The notes beneath the pieces were generated by a model. It saw nothing but the letters and a program-made list of their open reading frames with translations, ran no database searches and was not told the origin of the DNA. From the UHGV virus genome UHGV-0216241: a DNA stretch of 14,922 nt; one strand, given 5' to 3'. The DNA comes from a virus. Shown in pieces: positions 8,979-14,922 of the stretch. Both the position numbers and the translations under genes were made by a program. Position 1 is the first letter of the stretch. The number at the start of each line of letters is the position of its first letter.

Positions 8979-9365
8979 CTACTTGAGTATCACCATATTA
9001 CTAACGATTACATCACAACGATAAGAGATAGGCAGACCATCTACGGTACGGTACTGTAGGATCTCGTCGCGTAGTTCTCTTAGTCTGTTTAGGTGTGGTA
9101 GTTCGCTACCGTTGAATCTATCTAGTTCTCGTATGGGGTAATTAGTACGGCCTATGGTGAAGCGTGAGTAGTTTAATGTAATGTATTTATACTTAAGCGT
9201 TAGTGTATAGGTATCTATGAATAGCTCGTAACCGTCCTGTGTGATGATATGAGCGGTTATTAGCTTATCCTTGCGTGATGGTATGTATCCTGATTCCTGT
9301 CGGCCTGTGGTGCTTTCTATGGCCTTATACGTTCCATCAGGGAAGTGTAGGTAGATTGTATTCAT
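8979..9365 (-). CDS. Hypothetical protein (128 aa)
   Basis: ORF with an AGGAG Shine-Dalgarno upstream of ATG 9365. No recognisable motifs. Confidence 0.55.
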   Translation of the reverse strand: MNTIYLHFPDGTYKAIESTTGRQESGYIPSRKDKLITAHIITQDGYELFIDTYTLTLKYKYITLNYSRFTIGRTNYPIRELDRFNGSELPHLNRLRELRDEILQYRTVDGLPISYRCDVIVSNMVILK

Positions 9366-9371
9366 GGTGGG

Positions 9372-9398
9372 ATACTCCTATTGCATGTATAGGAGTAT
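9372..9398 (-). promoter_or_regulatory. Shine-Dalgarno-sequestering hairpin in the 5' leader of the 128-aa gene
   Basis: Perfect 10-bp inverted repeat ATACTCCTAT (9372-9381) and ATAGGAGTAT (9389-9398) with a 7-nt loop. On the minus-strand mRNA the AGGAG Shine-Dalgarno lies in the 3' arm, paired to ACUCCU. Confidence 0.45.
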
Positions 9399-9410
9399 TT
9401 AGGCAGGAAT

Positions 9411-9437
9411 AAAAAAGCCCACTGTGATTAGTGGGCT
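9411..9437 (-). terminator. Rho-independent terminator after the 232-aa gene
   Basis: Minus-strand hairpin with stem AGCCCACT / AGTGGGCT (9416-9423 and 9430-9437), a 6-nt loop, followed on the minus strand by a run of five U then AUU (9411-9415 on plus). Begins 7 nt after the stop at 9444. Confidence 0.7.
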
Positions 9438-9443
9438 AGTGGA

Positions 9444-10142
9444 TTAGTAAGAATGTATATAATGTGAGATTGGTATAGTACCGCCAGTGTAGGTACTAAT
9501 TTCTAATTCCTTCGCTACTAAATCAAGTATATCCAAGTGTTGCTGTATATCTTGATGTGGTGTTCCATTATTATCTAATAGGTTATGGGGAAAGAGTATA
9601 CTAATTTGTGCTATTTCTCCTACCATAGAAAGATCATTACCATGAATGTAATTTATTTTACGTTCATCGTGGTTATGTTCATGGTATATAGTGAACTTCT
9701 CATTACCTACATCATTTAGGCGACCATAACGCCAGCTAACTTGAAAGATACTACCCATATCATGTACAGTAATTGAATCGTCATTACTACCATCGATAGT
9801 AACATCAACAATATAATTACCGTGATTGATGCGGTAGTCTTCGATGCTTCCCGTTGGTAGATTTGGTTCGGATAGTTCTAGTACGGTTTCATTTTCATCA
9901 AAGCGATAGGAGGCTAATTCTATTGGTAGCATATTGTAAGTATCTAATTCATTATAGCTAATCATGCGGGTAGATTCATTCCATGTATTACCCATGAGTA
10001 CACCAACAAAATTACCGTTATGATCGCGGTGATCACCATCACCCATAATAAATGGAGTGTTACGCGTATACATTACAATCTTACCCGCACGACGAACAAC
10101 AATACCGTTAGTATGTTTAGTGAGAGTTACATCAAAAATCAT
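9444..10142 (-). CDS. Hypothetical His/Asp-rich protein (232 aa), moron-like cassette gene
   Basis: ORF with a GAGGAA Shine-Dalgarno 6 nt upstream and its own terminator. Has His-rich patches (GDGDHRDHNG, HEHNHDERK). No family recognised. Confidence 0.6.
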   Translation of the reverse strand: MIFDVTLTKHTNGIVVRRAGKIVMYTRNTPFIMGDGDHRDHNGNFVGVLMGNTWNESTRMISYNELDTYNMLPIELASYRFDENETVLELSEPNLPTGSIEDYRINHGNYIVDVTIDGSNDDSITVHDMGSIFQVSWRYGRLNDVGNEKFTIYHEHNHDERKINYIHGNDLSMVGEIAQISILFPHNLLDNNGTPHQDIQQHLDILDLVAKELEISTYTGGTIPISHYIHSY

Positions 10143-10164
10143 TATACTTTCCTCATTAGATTTT

Positions 10165-10187
10165 ATTATAGACCACTGTGATTAGTG
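10165..10187 (-). promoter_or_regulatory. Putative promoter -10 (TATAAT) plus a 15-bp repeat element upstream of the 232-aa gene
   Basis: Minus-strand TATAAT at 10170..10165, ~22 nt upstream of ATG 10142; the -35 is poor. The adjacent 15-mer CCACTGTGATTAGTG (10173-10187) is identical to 9419-9433 inside the downstream terminator. Confidence 0.3.
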
Positions 10188-10199
10188 TGTGTATTATTA

Positions 10200-10421
10200 T
10201 TAGTTAGTATCGAACAATGGCTTTATTAGTGGTATCTCTTCTTCCCCTTCAATTGGTTTACCGTGATGATCTGCTACGCGTACTATCGTATTTTCATACG
10301 GATTAATACTATAATAGTTTTGATGTTCTTCGGTACTAACAATGATACGTTCAATGATCATATCACTATCGCTCACTGAATCAGTGAGATTACGGATTGC
10401 ATCTAATAATTTCTCTAACAT
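10200..10421 (-). CDS. Hypothetical small protein (73 aa)
   Basis: ORF tightly packed (9-nt gap) downstream of the secreted-protein genes on the same strand. Confidence 0.5.
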   Translation of the reverse strand: MLEKLLDAIRNLTDSVSDSDMIIERIIVSTEEHQNYYSINPYENTIVRVADHHGKPIEGEEEIPLIKPLFDTN

Positions 10422-10430
10422 GTTTACCCC

Positions 10431-10817
10431 TTATTTTATTTTAACGCAGTTTTGAAAGTAGTAATTACGAGTATCAGATCTCAATAAGAAGATAAAAGTA
10501 ATATCGTTTTGCTCTTTACTTCCCATTGTTGCAAGGAAGTATCGCTGCCTATCATTATCATAAGCCATTGTCATTGAATCATTAGATTCTATTGGTCCGG
10601 TGGCGTGAGTCATTGCACCGAAGTTAAGGATAAAACCATCACTATTAACTTTAGCGTGACCTGCACCAGAATAAGAAGATTTTTCTACTGGAGTATCACC
10701 CAGCATTTCAACTACTTTCACATCACATTGATACAATCCCTGCTCTGGTAGAGAGTGAGTGTTAGCCAGTACCGAAGGAGATACTAACAGTAATGCAGAT
10801 ACGATAACCTTTTTCAT
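10431..10817 (-). CDS. Secreted small protein with cleavable signal peptide, two conserved Cys (paralog 1)
   Basis: N-terminus MKKVIVSALLLVSPSVLA is a classic Sec signal peptide. AAGGAA Shine-Dalgarno 5 nt upstream. Shares architecture and motifs (LPxxGLYxC ... FxNC) with the adjacent gene. Confidence 0.65.
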   Translation of the reverse strand: MKKVIVSALLLVSPSVLANTHSLPEQGLYQCDVKVVEMLGDTPVEKSSYSGAGHAKVNSDGFILNFGAMTHATGPIESNDSMTMAYDNDRQRYFLATMGSKEQNDITFIFLLRSDTRNYYFQNCVKIK

Positions 10818-10826
10818 TTCTATTCC

Positions 10827-11219
10827 TTATTCAATAATACAATTGGAGAAGTTCAAAAATACGGGATTATTCTCATTGCTGACCATATACTGTGTTTTAC
10901 CATTGATTGCACTAATAATAATATCGTACTGGTCAGTATCTACGGCATAGGCCATCAGGCGACCGCTTTTAAGTTTTGAAACAGGGCTGAATGAAATATT
11001 CATATCCCTAAACTTCACACTAACAGCACGGTTATCAATACTCACATAACCAGTCATACCATAATAACCAGTCTTTACTACTCGCTTTCCTACCTGTTCC
11101 CACGATTCAACACCGCAACGATATAAACCATCATCAGGGAGTATTACATTTACTGCCAGTACCGAAGGGGCTACTAACAGTAATGCAGACAGTACAATCT
11201 TTTTCATAAATTCATCCAT
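10827..11219 (-). CDS. Secreted small protein with signal peptide (paralog 2); true start probably ATG at 11207
   Basis: MKKIVLSALLLVAPSVLA signal peptide begins at the fifth codon. The mature region has the same Cys spacing as the downstream paralog. Confidence 0.6.
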   Translation of the reverse strand: MDEFMKKIVLSALLLVAPSVLAVNVILPDDGLYRCGVESWEQVGKRVVKTGYYGMTGYVSIDNRAVSVKFRDMNISFSPVSKLKSGRLMAYAVDTDQYDIIISAINGKTQYMVSNENNPVFLNFSNCIIE

Positions 11220-11325
11220 TCGGGATTATCTACTTTATCAGAATCAATGGCATTGTTGATGCCAGATAATGACAGTGTTTTTGATTACGGCGACTGCAAT
11301 TTAATAAGTAGGGTTAATGTATTTT

Positions 11326-11331
11326 ATTATA
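11326..11331 (-). promoter_or_regulatory. Possible extended -10 promoter element (TGaTATAAT) for the secreted-paralog operon
   Basis: Minus-strand TGATATAAT in the 11208-11386 intergenic gap; no good -35. Confidence 0.25.
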
Positions 11332-11386
11332 TCATAGTAATATGCAGTCCCCATAACTAAAAGTACGGCAAATATTGTTTTCTTCA

Positions 11387-11767
11387 TCACAGATTATCGT
11401 CTATATAATTAGTTGGTTTCGATAACTCAAATTCTGTACCGTAATTATTTGAACGATCAACTATCTTAGTGGTGTTTTTGTGGGGGCCGTGGGCTTTATG
11501 TTCTTCGAAGCTATGAATATTTGTAAGTCGGTCGGCGGCAATAATACAGCTACCAGTAGATGGGCGTTCTTCACCCAATAGCATAGGCTGACAATCACTA
11601 CTGAATTGTGGGCGATACTCTTTACCACCATTTACGGGGAATAATACTAGTGTACGACCGTTAATATCACCTACTACGGCTTCATTCATAAAAGCAGGCG
11701 TTATAGTAGTACAGCCAGTAGTGATTGTAGCCGTAGCGAGTACAGCTAGGGTAAAGAGATTTTTCAT
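11387..11767 (-). CDS. Exported protein, possible lipoprotein (126 aa)
   Basis: N-terminus MKNLFTLAVLATATITTGC is a hydrophobic signal sequence ending in Cys (imperfect lipobox TTGC). AAGGA Shine-Dalgarno 7 nt upstream. A perfect TATAAT (11819..11814) lies upstream. Confidence 0.6.
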   Translation of the reverse strand: MKNLFTLAVLATATITTGCTTITPAFMNEAVVGDINGRTLVLFPVNGGKEYRPQFSSDCQPMLLGEERPSTGSCIIAADRLTNIHSFEEHKAHGPHKNTTKIVDRSNNYGTEFELSKPTNYIDDNL

Positions 11768-11833
11768 TAGTAAATCCTTGTAGTGATTGTGTGAGGTGAT
11801 GTTTGATGTGAATTATTATAGCTATGATATTTA

Positions 11834-11870
11834 GTAATAGCTACTACTTTATTTGTGTAGTAGCTATTAT
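11834..11870 (-). promoter_or_regulatory. Stem-loop with 12-bp perfect inverted repeat between the 227-aa gene and the exported-protein gene; terminator or operator
   Basis: AATAGCTACTAC (11836-11847) and GTAGTAGCTATT (11857-11868) with a 9-nt loop. Sits right after the stop at 11876 and overlaps the -35 region of the TATAAT at 11814-11819. There is no clean U-tract on the minus strand. Confidence 0.4.
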
Positions 11871-11875
11871 TCTTC

Positions 11876-12559
11876 TTATACTACCTTATAGGCTTTAGTA
11901 ACAAGCTCTTTGAAGTCTTGCTCGTCGGCCTGTTTAGGATACTGCTGCTTGTACTCGGCGTAGTATTCCTGTGCTTTCGCGTTCATCTTCCCTTTCTGGT
12001 TTAGATGGAACTCATGACCGTTCCACTTCGCATTAAGCGGGTATTTTTTGCGATAGTCCTCACTATACGCCCGTAAAAACTCGTCAACGTCCGATAGTTC
12101 GGGATTCTTCTTAACCAACTGAATGTATACTTCATCCTTGAGTAATGCCGCTGGTAACTTCTTATTGATTACATTATAGGTTCTTCTTTCGTCCTTCTTG
12201 CTATCAACTATGACTACTTCGAATATCTTATTGCCGTTCGGCTTCGATGCTTTTTGTGGTATGGAAGCAGGAGAAGATACAGCCAGTGTAGAAAGCAGTT
12301 CCTCTACACTAGAGAAGCTACCAGACTCTTGTACAAGTGATTCTAATAGTTTCTTAGCTTCGTTTAGTCGCTCGGTACGTAGTGTGCTTACATAGTCCTT
12401 CACTTCGCCCAGGCGTTGAATGAGAGTGTCTAGTTCTTCTTCGTTGACGTTTGCCAGTGCATTGCGGCCTGTTGCGTCGGCAGTCAACATACCTACATGA
12501 AAATCATCATTAAGAATCGTACTGATCATTTTTGCGGTAATGCTTTTAATGCTTCCCAT
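11876..12559 (-). CDS. Hypothetical protein (227 aa), coiled-coil-like N-terminal half and Lys/Tyr-rich C-terminal half
   Basis: ORF with a GAGG Shine-Dalgarno 7 nt upstream of ATG 12559. No family recognised. Confidence 0.55.
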   Translation of the reverse strand: MGSIKSITAKMISTILNDDFHVGMLTADATGRNALANVNEEELDTLIQRLGEVKDYVSTLRTERLNEAKKLLESLVQESGSFSSVEELLSTLAVSSPASIPQKASKPNGNKIFEVVIVDSKKDERRTYNVINKKLPAALLKDEVYIQLVKKNPELSDVDEFLRAYSEDYRKKYPLNAKWNGHEFHLNQKGKMNAKAQEYYAEYKQQYPKQADEQDFKELVTKAYKVV

Positions 12560-12747
12560 AGTACAGCCTCATTTGGTTTTAACAGTAACTGAGTACAATC
12601 GGTTAGTTTAACTATATTTGCAAGTGGGATCTCCTTCAAAGTGTTTATCATCTCACTGGTAAGACCAAATTCACCTAGTAGATCTTCTTCGGAAAGTTTC
12701 CGTACTGTATCTATATAGAGTACGTTTAGCTCATGTAGATCATTCAT
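12526..12747 (-). CDS. Hypothetical small protein (73 aa)
   Basis: ORF whose start overlaps the upstream gene's stop (ATGA at 12744-12747), indicating translational coupling. Confidence 0.5.
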   Translation of the reverse strand: MNDLHELNVLYIDTVRKLSEEDLLGEFGLTSEMINTLKEIPLANIVKLTDCTQLLLKPNEAVLWEALKALPQK

Positions 12748-12941
12748 AGCTTAATGTTGACGCGTTTTCTAGTAAGTAAGCTCAATAGTGCTTCGTTATA
12801 GGTAGTGTGCCACTTCTTACCATCACTAAAAGGCTTGTTGATGTGTCGGGGATGCTTAGACATAGTGACCGCCCCTACCTTTCGGTCGTGATCGTCGAAA
12901 ACTTCGGTTATAAGTCCACCTGCAATACAACTAATACGCAT
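12744..12941 (-). CDS. Hypothetical small protein (65 aa)
   Basis: ORF in an operon-like array; weak GGGA Shine-Dalgarno. Confidence 0.45.
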   Translation of the reverse strand: MRISCIAGGLITEVFDDHDRKVGAVTMSKHPRHINKPFSDGKKWHTTYNEALLSLLTRKRVNIKL

Positions 12942-13022
12942 GTAAAGATCCCAGCAATGAAGAAAAAGAAATTTGCAGCCGCAAGGTAAGTAAAGGTTAA
13001 TTTTTTTTCATAGAGTGTCCAT

Positions 13023-13063
13023 ATTAACACTACTAGTACATTTTCGGTACTAGTAGTGTTAAT
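13023..13063. repeat. Perfect 17-bp inverted repeat (palindrome) with 7-nt spacer
   Basis: ATTAACACTACTAGTAC (13023-13039), spacer ATTTTCG, then GTACTAGTAGTGTTAAT (13047-13063). Located 4 nt after the stop of the 97-aa gene. No adjacent U-tract on the minus strand. The spacer carries the recurrent TTCGGTACT motif. Confidence 0.6.
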
Positions 13064-13066
13064 TGA

Positions 13067-13360
13067 TTAATGTACGTTAGTAACTTCTTCGGATACTACT
13101 TCTAGTAATGAAGTGAAAGCACGTTCACCATCGAATCGGGCAATAGTGATCTTATCGGTTACACTCTTGGGTAAATTGATGTTCTTTTCCCAATGGAACA
13201 AGCCACCAGACATAAGAAACATACTGAATAATTCACGCTCATTATGACGGGAACTAATTACTATATGAAACATTCCCGTTACACGATTATCAATCTCGTT
13301 GATCTTGAATCCTAAATCATGTGCCTTAATGACCAAATCAGTAGATACACCCTTAGACAT
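13067..13360 (-). CDS. Hypothetical protein (97 aa)
   Basis: ORF with a GGGAG Shine-Dalgarno 9 nt upstream; its start overlaps the stop of the upstream 28-codon ORF. Confidence 0.55.
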   Translation of the reverse strand: MSKGVSTDLVIKAHDLGFKINEIDNRVTGMFHIVISSRHNERELFSMFLMSGGLFHWEKNINLPKSVTDKITIARFDGERAFTSLLEVVSEEVTNVH

Positions 13361-13439
13361 TTTCGATACTCCCTACGATTAGTAACATGGTTATGATGAC
13401 TACAAATAGTACATGCTCTTTAGTGATAGTGAACGTCAT
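13353..13439 (-). CDS. Unannotated 28-aa hydrophobic peptide (MTFTITKEHVLFVVIITMLLIVGSIENV), predicted single transmembrane helix
   Basis: Hand-translated; missing from the ORF track, presumably below its length cutoff. GAGGA Shine-Dalgarno 6 nt upstream of ATG 13439. Stop overlaps the next gene's start by 8 nt. A promoter-like element lies upstream. Confidence 0.4.
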   Translation of the reverse strand: MTFTITKEHVLFVVIITMLLIVGSIENV

Positions 13440-13468
13440 GTTGTGTCCTCGTTGTATTGACACCACTG

Positions 13469-13497
13469 ATACTAGAATCATTAGTTACTAACGTCAA
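13469..13497 (-). promoter_or_regulatory. Putative sigma70-like promoter for the 28-aa/97-aa operon
   Basis: Minus-strand -35 TTGACG (13497..13492), 17-nt spacer, -10 TAGTAT (13474..13469); ATG at 13439. Confidence 0.4.
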
Positions 13498-13533
13498 CAC
13501 TAGATACTAAAATATTTTATTAGTAGAAAACAC

Positions 13534-13561
13534 TTGATAGTAACTAACAGTAGTGTATACT
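13534..13561 (+). promoter_or_regulatory. Putative sigma70-like promoter for the plus-strand 60-aa gene (divergent from the minus promoter)
   Basis: -35 TTGATA (13534-13539), 16-nt spacer, -10 TATACT (13556-13561). The 10-bp element TAGTAACTAA occurs at 13538-13547 and as an inverted copy at 13481-13490 in the other promoter's spacer. Confidence 0.45.
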
Positions 13562-13601
13562 GTCTTTATTGAAGCAAAACACTACTACGAAGGGATATAT
13601 A

Positions 13602-13787
13602 ATGAATACAGTAACTTACTTAGAACGCGGTAACATCACTGATATCATGGTTAACGATGTATATATGGGGGCAGTAGTAAAAGGTGACGATAACAAATAT
13701 CGTACCGTACATAAGAACAATGCAGAATCTGGTACGTTTACTGCTTTCCACTTCGCAGCGTACCATGTAGAAAAAGCAGTTTGATAG
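13602..13787 (+). CDS. Hypothetical small protein (60 aa), the only plus-strand gene with its own promoter and terminator
   Basis: ATG 13602 preceded by an AGGGA Shine-Dalgarno (13591-13595); this is the internal Met of ORF-track entry 13569..13784. Followed immediately by an intrinsic terminator. Confidence 0.55.
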
Positions 13788-13795
13788 AAACGATG

Positions 13796-13820
13796 AAGCC
13801 CACATTAAGTGGGCTTTTTT
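13796..13820. terminator. Rho-independent terminator for the plus-strand gene, overlapping the 3' end of the convergent minus-strand gene
   Basis: Stem AAGCCCAC / GTGGGCTT (13796-13803 and 13809-13816), 5-nt loop, then a T6 run ending at 13820. The last five codons (TKKPT) and stop of the minus-strand 178-aa gene are encoded within the hairpin and T-tract. Confidence 0.7.
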
Positions 13821-14341
13821 GTCTTGCGTGGTTTCTTAGTCTTCGGTACTGGTACTTCTTCCGGTACTGACACGTCCTCTACAACGTCCTGTACACCCCT
13901 TAGAATGCGTTCTACTTCATCGGCATTGCGTTGTACGTCTTGATGTACTCCGGCTTTCCAATAGGCTTGTAGTGCTTCTAAATTGGGGATTCCCTGGCTT
14001 GCGACAACTCCATCAGTATGGTGAATATGTAGGTCCAATCCACCATTGATACGGGCACGGAAGTTATGCGGGTTATTATTCAATATTTCGATTTGCATTA
14101 TTGTTACTCCATTGATTATGCAGTCAGACATAAAGATTATTTCATCCAGATCATCCATGACTACGGACAATTGGAAGTATTCCGCTTCATTCAGTCCTAG
14201 ATAGTAATCAGGGGGATGATCGTACTTGATAGTATTATTTAGTAGTATTCCTTTCGTATTGACTGCATAACGCCTGGATAACTGGCGGTCATTGAAAATC
14301 AATCCACGGGGATTATTGTATACGATTTTTAGTTTTCTCAT
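13805..14341 (-). CDS. Hypothetical protein (178 aa) with Lys/Pro-rich basic C-terminal tail
   Basis: ORF with C-terminus PEEVPVPKTKKPRKTKKPT and a His-rich patch (GGLDLHIHHTDG). No family recognised. Confidence 0.55.
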   Translation of the reverse strand: MRKLKIVYNNPRGLIFNDRQLSRRYAVNTKGILLNNTIKYDHPPDYYLGLNEAEYFQLSVVMDDLDEIIFMSDCIINGVTIMQIEILNNNPHNFRARINGGLDLHIHHTDGVVASQGIPNLEALQAYWKAGVHQDVQRNADEVERILRGVQDVVEDVSVPEEVPVPKTKKPRKTKKPT

Positions 14342-14654
14342 TTGTTTTCCATATGTAAGTAATTTGGCCTTTGTGGTGTTTTAGTATTTCTCTTTGCACC
14401 TTCTGTACTAATTCTGCATCGTATAGAGTACATTCTTGAAAGAGCATTTCTTCCGTGTACTCCGTAAGTAGTTTTCGTGGTATTTCTTGCGTATATGTTC
14501 TTTCAATCCACCTATCGTTGATATAGTCATATAGGAAAGACAATTCACCCATTACATAGATATACATTCCGTGAATAGTGAAATGATTCAGTACGGCATC
14601 ATGATAGTTATGGGAGTATCCCCAATGCATTTGTTTACTATGTATGTATTTCAT
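14313..14654 (-). CDS. Hypothetical protein (113 aa)
   Basis: ORF with an AAGGAA Shine-Dalgarno 7 nt upstream of ATG 14654; its 3' end overlaps the next gene by 29 nt. Confidence 0.5.
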   Translation of the reverse strand: MKYIHSKQMHWGYSHNYHDAVLNHFTIHGMYIYVMGELSFLYDYINDRWIERTYTQEIPRKLLTEYTEEMLFQECTLYDAELVQKVQREILKHHKGQITYIWKTNEKTKNRIQ

Positions 14655-14922
14655 TTATTTGTTCCTTATTGATAGTTAATTCTTCGGTACTGTCGCCGCC
14701 CGTTCCACTCCGTCGCCGCGTCCAACTCACAAAATATATGAGGAAGCACTTTGATAGTAGTAATGAGAACTACACCTACTGGATCGAGCAAAGCGAAGGG
14801 AGAACGCTTGCGGGATTCCGTAGCGATAGCGAGGAAAACGCAATGTTAGGTGTAATAATTAAATAATTTCAAAGACTCGCTCTGTCGAGGCTTTCTAATT
14901 ACTTAACTATTTCTTCCTGTTC

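Noticed and set aside
8850-9059. Plus-strand ORF 8850..9059
   Set aside because: Starts in the T-tract of the putative packaging region and runs antisense into the 128-aa gene; no Shine-Dalgarno.
10759-10950. Plus-strand ORF 10759..10950
   Set aside because: Antisense across the junction of the two secreted-paralog genes.
12198-12395. Plus-strand ORF 12198..12395
   Set aside because: Antisense inside the 227-aa gene.
11876-12559. H-NS-like nucleoid protein call for the 227-aa gene
   Set aside because: Only a superficial coiled-coil N-terminus; the C-terminus lacks the H-NS TWTGQGRTP-type DNA-binding motif.
12807-12989. Plus-strand ORF 12807..12989
   Set aside because: Antisense inside the 65-aa gene.
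13620-13805. Minus-strand ORF 13620..13805
   Set aside because: Antisense to the better-supported plus-strand 60-aa gene, which has a promoter, Shine-Dalgarno and terminator.
13805-14341. Endolysin (M15 peptidase) or HNH nuclease call for the 178-aa protein
   Set aside because: The His-rich patch does not match the SxHxxGxAxD / ExxH or HNH spacing I recall.
14680-14860. Possible tRNA or small RNA in the GC-rich right-end intergenic region
   Set aside because: I could not find a T-loop (GGTTCGA-type) motif or a cloverleaf-compatible set of stems by eye; tRNAscan-SE would settle this.
14669-14866. Plus-strand ORF 14669..14866
   Set aside because: Appears to start at TTG with no Shine-Dalgarno, in a region opposite to all neighbouring genes; it merely spans the GC-rich island.
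1-14922. CRISPR array
   Set aside because: No regularly spaced direct repeats of 25-40 bp were seen; the repeats present are intragenic or single inverted pairs.

Overview
This window reads as a tailed-phage (Caudovirales) genome segment, AT-rich, with almost all genes on the minus strand. The left ~8.7 kb is a lambda-like packaging and head module, in transcription order: terminase small subunit, GpA-type terminase large subunit, a small head protein, portal, a prohead protease-acidic linker-major capsid fusion, two small head-completion proteins, and a 5'-partial tail-fibre-like gene that runs off the window start. A ~315-bp non-coding region upstream of the terminase small subunit looks like a packaging site (cos/pac). 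The right ~6 kb is an accessory region of small unknown genes, including an exported-protein cluster (a possible lipoprotein plus two tandem secreted paralogs), a moron-like cassette bracketed by a 15-bp direct repeat, and a divergent-promoter control region with an unannotated 28-codon membrane-peptide ORF. No rRNA, tRNA or CRISPR array was identified. All functional calls are from reading the translations and DNA by eye; no homology search was run.
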